A DNA stretch of 64,000 nucleotides from Dehalococcoidia bacterium (GTDB lineage: Bacteria > Chloroflexota > Dehalococcoidia > UBA2979), in NCBI GenBank assembly GCA_965219085.1, contig OZ244720.1, positions 768,001-832,000 on the forward strand. Direction: 5' to 3'. The position numbers and the translations under genes were made by a program. Numbering within the stretch: position 1 is the first letter of the stretch; each line of letters starts with the position of its first letter. The notes beneath the pieces are model-generated. The model saw nothing but the letters and a program-made list of their open reading frames with translations. It made no database searches and was not told where the DNA came from. This document shows positions 62,701-64,000 of this stretch, piece after piece.

Positions 62701-64000
62701 ACGAGCGGCGCGGGGACACGGGAGAAGACCGCGACGCAGACGATCACGGTGACGGTGACGGACGTGAGCGGCGAGGCGCCGGGCAAGCCGGCCGCGCCGA
62801 CGGTGGCGTCGGCGTCGGCGTCGGCGACGAGCCTTTCGGTGAACTGGGCGGCGCCGTCCAACGCGGGTCCGGCCATCACCGACTACGACGTGCAGTACCG
62901 GGCGGGCACGAGCGGGGGCTGGAGCGACGCGGGCCACACCGGCACGGCGGTCACGGCGACGCTCACGGGCCTCTCGGAGAACACCTCCTACCAGGTGCAG
63001 GTGCGGGCCACCAACGCCGAGGGCACGGGCGCCTGGTCGGACGCGGGCTCGGGCCGCACGGACGCGAACGCGGCCCCGTCGTTCAGCTCACCGGCGACGT
63101 TCGACATGCCGGAGAACCGGACCTTGGTGGGCTCGGTGCGGGCGACCGACAGCGATTCGGATGATGACATCACCGGGTTGGCGATCACCGGCGGGGCGGA
63201 CCAGACGCTGTTCCGGATCAACGGGACGAGCGGCGTGCTCTCGATCACCCCGGCGCCGAACTACGAGGACGCGCAGGACCAGGACACGAACAACACCTAC
63301 CTGGTGGAGGTGACGGCGACGAGCGGCACGGGGACGCGGGAGAAGACGGCGACGCAGACGATCACGGTGCGGGTCACCGACGTGAGCACGGAGGCGCCGG
63401 GCAAGCCGGGGGCGCCAGCGGTGTCGGTGGCCTCGGCGACGAGCCTGAGCGTGAACTGGTCGGCGCCGTCCAACGCGGGTCCGGCGATCACTGACTACGA
63501 CGTGCAGTACCGGGCGGGTATGAGCGGAGGCTGGAGCGACGGGGGCCACAACGGCACCGCCACCACGGCGACGCTGACGGGCCTCTCGGAGAACACCTCC
63601 TACGAGGTGCAGGTGCGGGCGACCAACGCCGACGGCACGGGCTCGTGGTCGGACGCGGGCAGCGGGAGTACGGACGCCAACGCGGCGCCGTCGTTCAGCT
63701 CACCGGCGACGTTCGACGCAGCGGAGAACGGCACGGAGGTGGCCATGGTGATGGCGTCGGACAGCGATTCGGAAGACAAGATCGAGCGTTACGACATCAC
63801 CGGCGGCGCAGATCAGGCGTTCTTCCTGGTCATCGCGTCGTCGGGGCATCTGAAGTTCAGAGACGCGCCGAACTACGAGGACGCGAAGGACCAGGACAGC
63901 GGCAACACCTACGTGGTCGAGGTGACGGCGACGAGCGGCACGGGCGAGCGGGAGAAGACCGCCACGCAGACGATCACGGTGCGGGTCACCGACGTCAACG
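53767..64000 (+). CDS. Giant secreted adhesin-like protein, more than 3400 aa, running off the window: cadherin-like beta-sandwich, GIWSDG propeller, FN3, Calx-beta-like, cadherin+FN3 tandem repeats
   Basis: Absent from the ORF track because there is no stop. ATG 53767 gives MTSSRRRRAAGTVLVALSAVAAWAILFLPVSAQA-STDATLSALTV; the same frame still reads ATQTITVRVTDVN at the window end. Confidence 0.9.
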   Translation, partial: MTSSRRRRAAGTVLVALSAVAAWAILFLPVSAQASTDATLSALTVSPENIEDFDKDTTEYAVAVENSETAATLTPTASDSGATISVGGTAVTSGSGHQVTLAEGHNVVEIVVTAADRTSTKTYTLTIVRFAEYVHKLVDDIGIIPELMVGSRTLRGITSDGETMWVVSPADTDWVYAFKMATGAPDSSGHINVHALTHADEGGAPPNYAPQGIWVGDRIMLLSNNSTTIPTLFAYRFDPASSSWSRAQGDDVTATKDARNTRPRGIWSDGRFIWVANDGLARTGEQKKIFAYNLDNERVESEDFNTLAAGNEEPKGIWSDGEIMWVADADKTIYAYDMLTKEHLPAKDFPALSAAVWGIWSDGETMWALKPSGSDGEIRSYVMPRSSNADLSSVSLDGMENPHFDPQETSLTLATDDLTAVVTVVARTRHFRAQAAITPADANATMEGHQVNLATDTEVTVTVTAQDGTTTKTYIFEIGTAPGAPSVTLTANLGLISVDWSAPSATGSDDITSYDVRHRRAGASGGWTLLEDVGTVQSGGTFSYTIQNLTGGQEYDVQVRARNRIGAGPWSASMTATPQSATPQSAPRSVMVGAVDGEPSLNVTWSAPADAANYTISGYDLRYILTSADESADANWTLVDDASTSAGSRSYKIESLRPGESYDVQVRVANSAGDGPWSATVTGTPNGPEVSITASPTTVTEGEDFSLTVERSFSTDAALVVTVNLSESGDVIVEAGEGEMTLTIPANQTASQPSSQTTQGDSDWEAHSTVTLAIVADSAYTISASAGSVAVVVQDDDFPAATAEISVDPASLAEGDSVTATVTVTTARLEEPHADGGELLVTLGGTATSASDYAAVTTAEATLNFVVADFAETDVNGTNLYRATKTVTTTVVDDEDQEDAETIVFTLGAVTSGTSPTAAAISLGTSSATATISASDQPAASTDASLSGLSLSAGALVPGFGSDIFEYTADVDYAAHQITVTPAKNHGSATVEFLYSSDAAIDDANDDVEGQQVNLNVGSKVIKIKVTAEDGATILTYSVTVTRATPEVSISSVGFDTEGDAAVFIVSRNVAVPEELTVAIFVSETGNMVPAGSGGAGQRTVRIRNGNASRSLSVTTTGNETWQAHSTVTADILRRSHYSIATGAGTARRVVADDDFPAATAVLDLPPNPVGEGDPITATVTITTTRDEMPHRAGGQILVSTTDGTATAGADYTALTEETGTVEFDDNFSRVDTGGGVMRYRASRTLNIATLDDSNQEPAETVVVSLAPVNTGSSQTAPGIIVPTGTQTATISASDQITASDDADLNGLTLSAGTLSPGFSSSVLTYTAQVDYETERITVTPAKSDGNARVSYPNTSDADAVAAGHQVNLAVGSNEIQIKVTAEDRTTTQTYSVTVTRAAASSDATLISLSLSVGTLDPAFSGSTTSYTAAAAYAVTRITVTPATSDTDATVDYPTTTDADTNAAGHQVALDVGSNQIQIEVTAQDGSTTETYSVTVTRAKPVVRIGFGPAVSIGLRALEIFEGTELVFTVHRNAAVAESLYVKVSISELGAMVPSHAEGRKTVTIDADKTSAGFRVATVGDTVWEAHSTVTATIDADDAYTIASAQGTASIEVLDDDFPSATAELSVSETNVNEGDVIDLTVTITTTRDEQPHGNSGDIEIRTQDIGTTASDYVVIVPGGGNLDFTARNLDFDAGDFNRLDIGGGTMRYQADKTATLLIVDDTEQEVREERFFVSIGQVRSGDSPTANGISVSSGRTIVTISPNDQSNDATLASLSLSPGTLTPGFYSGTLVYSATVGYEDEQITVQATLSDSDANLEYLDNNNDALLDAGNASDHQVNLDVGVNVFKIKVTAADDATTQTYTITVTRAKPEVSISADAATVTEGDGFDFTVTRNAAVDEALEVKINIAESGDMVDDGTYEGDQTVTIAAGQTSTTYTIATEDDSAWEAHSDVSATITTDDTYTIATGVGAVTKQVLDDEFPSAAAVLSVSPASVEEGGTVTATLTVTTADNQMPHRNGGDIQVNTADGTATAGNDYTAVSSQRVRVEADEFVRASVGGATRYRFEEQIPIQITDDSDSEGAEMFSVRLARRLSGSYATVTAISVDTAASTVTINENDRSGVATLSGLTLSTGALSPGFGSGTLDYSASVGYGTNQVTVRPSKSDATAELEYLDGDGNALDDADSSSRFQVDLAVGMTVFKIKLTAEDGSSTQTYTITVTRAKPEVSIEVAADEIKEWQPVVFTVSRDESAPEPLDVIVEVSESGTMVSAANEGSTTVTIAADATSQTLELPTVKDDDWEEHSTVKAEITDNDAYTIASGAATASKQVIDNDFPRATAVLRAAPNPVAEGGTLTATVWITTLEEQMPHTDGGAIVVGTAVGTASAADFTALTTATGTLEFDAGDFSREDIGGGDIRWVAGQDATVAITDDSDQEDVERFTVTMARVLSGQSKTHDAITFGVNSGSVEVRISSSDQPTVSTDASLGGLTLSAGRLTPTFASATTSYSASVPYPVSELTVTAATGHAKANIDYLDSSDAKITDADDNTDGQQLKLAVGTNVIKIKVTAEDATTTTTYTLTITRAAASTDANLSNLTLSAGTLSPGFAAPTATYAVSVRYDVTRITVTPVKSDDNATLDYLDSSDNVLADADDNAPGQQVDLAVGGNVIQIEVTAEDEATNRTYTVTVTRANANAAPSFSSSATFDAAENQTAAGTVLATDSDADDDVTGYAITGGADQAFFSIGATLGALTFDAAPNYEDAQDQGSNNTYVVEVTATSGTGTREKTATQTITVTVTDVNTEAPDQPGAPSVAAASATSLTVNWAAPGNAGPAITDYDVQYRAGTSGGWSTKSHSGTATATTLTGLSEDTSYQVQVRATNDEGTGSWSDAGSGTTDANAAPSFSSPATFDAAENGTEVAMVMASDSDSEDKIERYDITGGADQAFFLVIASSGHLEFRDAPNYEDAQDQGSNNTYVVEVTATSGAGTREKTATQTITVTVTDVSGEAPGKPAAPTVASASASATSLSVNWAAPSNAGPAITDYDVQYRAGTSGGWSDAGHTGTAVTATLTGLSENTSYQVQVRATNAEGTGAWSDAGSGRTDANAAPSFSSPATFDMPENRTLVGSVRATDSDSDDDITGLAITGGADQTLFRINGTSGVLSITPAPNYEDAQDQDTNNTYLVEVTATSGTGTREKTATQTITVRVTDVSTEAPGKPGAPAVSVASATSLSVNWSAPSNAGPAITDYDVQYRAGMSGGWSDGGHNGTATTATLTGLSENTSYEVQVRATNADGTGSWSDAGSGSTDANAAPSFSSPATFDAAENGTEVAMVMASDSDSEDKIERYDITGGADQAFFLVIASSGHLKFRDAPNYEDAKDQDSGNTYVVEVTATSGTGEREKTATQTITVRVTDVN
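61833..64000 (+). repeat. Tandem ~612-618-bp cadherin+FN3 coding repeats
   Basis: Unit start acgccaacgcggcgccgtcgttcagctc at about 61833, 62444, 63062 and 63674. Confidence 0.9.

Overview
High-GC bacterial accessory region. The repeat-rich secreted proteins, arylsulfotransferase, spondin, LRR and RCC1 domains suggest a sponge-symbiont-type Chloroflexota genome (inference only). No rRNA, tRNA or CRISPR array was seen. Layout from left to right: (1) a decayed FAD oxidoreductase; (2) a four-gene minus-strand cluster of secreted or lipoprotein genes (HExxH peptidase, RCC1 repeats, LRR plus a 100-aa four-Cys FN3-like repeat, PPC); (3) a NarL/LuxR-type two-component pair and a helicase remnant; (4) a defence-island-like block at about 16-26.5 kb with a TPR-GreA/B-C-PIN protein, an HTH gene split by an intact IS21, and a three-gene UDG-like / Nmad-like / UDG-like cassette between two copies of a conserved non-coding element; (5) three giant secreted adhesin-enzyme genes, each preceded by the same TTGAC-N17-TTGAC motif, two of which share a near-identical ~1.65-kb 3' cassette; (6) a standalone HEPN gene and an IS481/ISNCY-IS21 nest. 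The best candidate for an undescribed system is the double-glycosylase cassette at 23269-25653, which may target modified bases. All domain calls come from motif recognition by eye, not from database searches.
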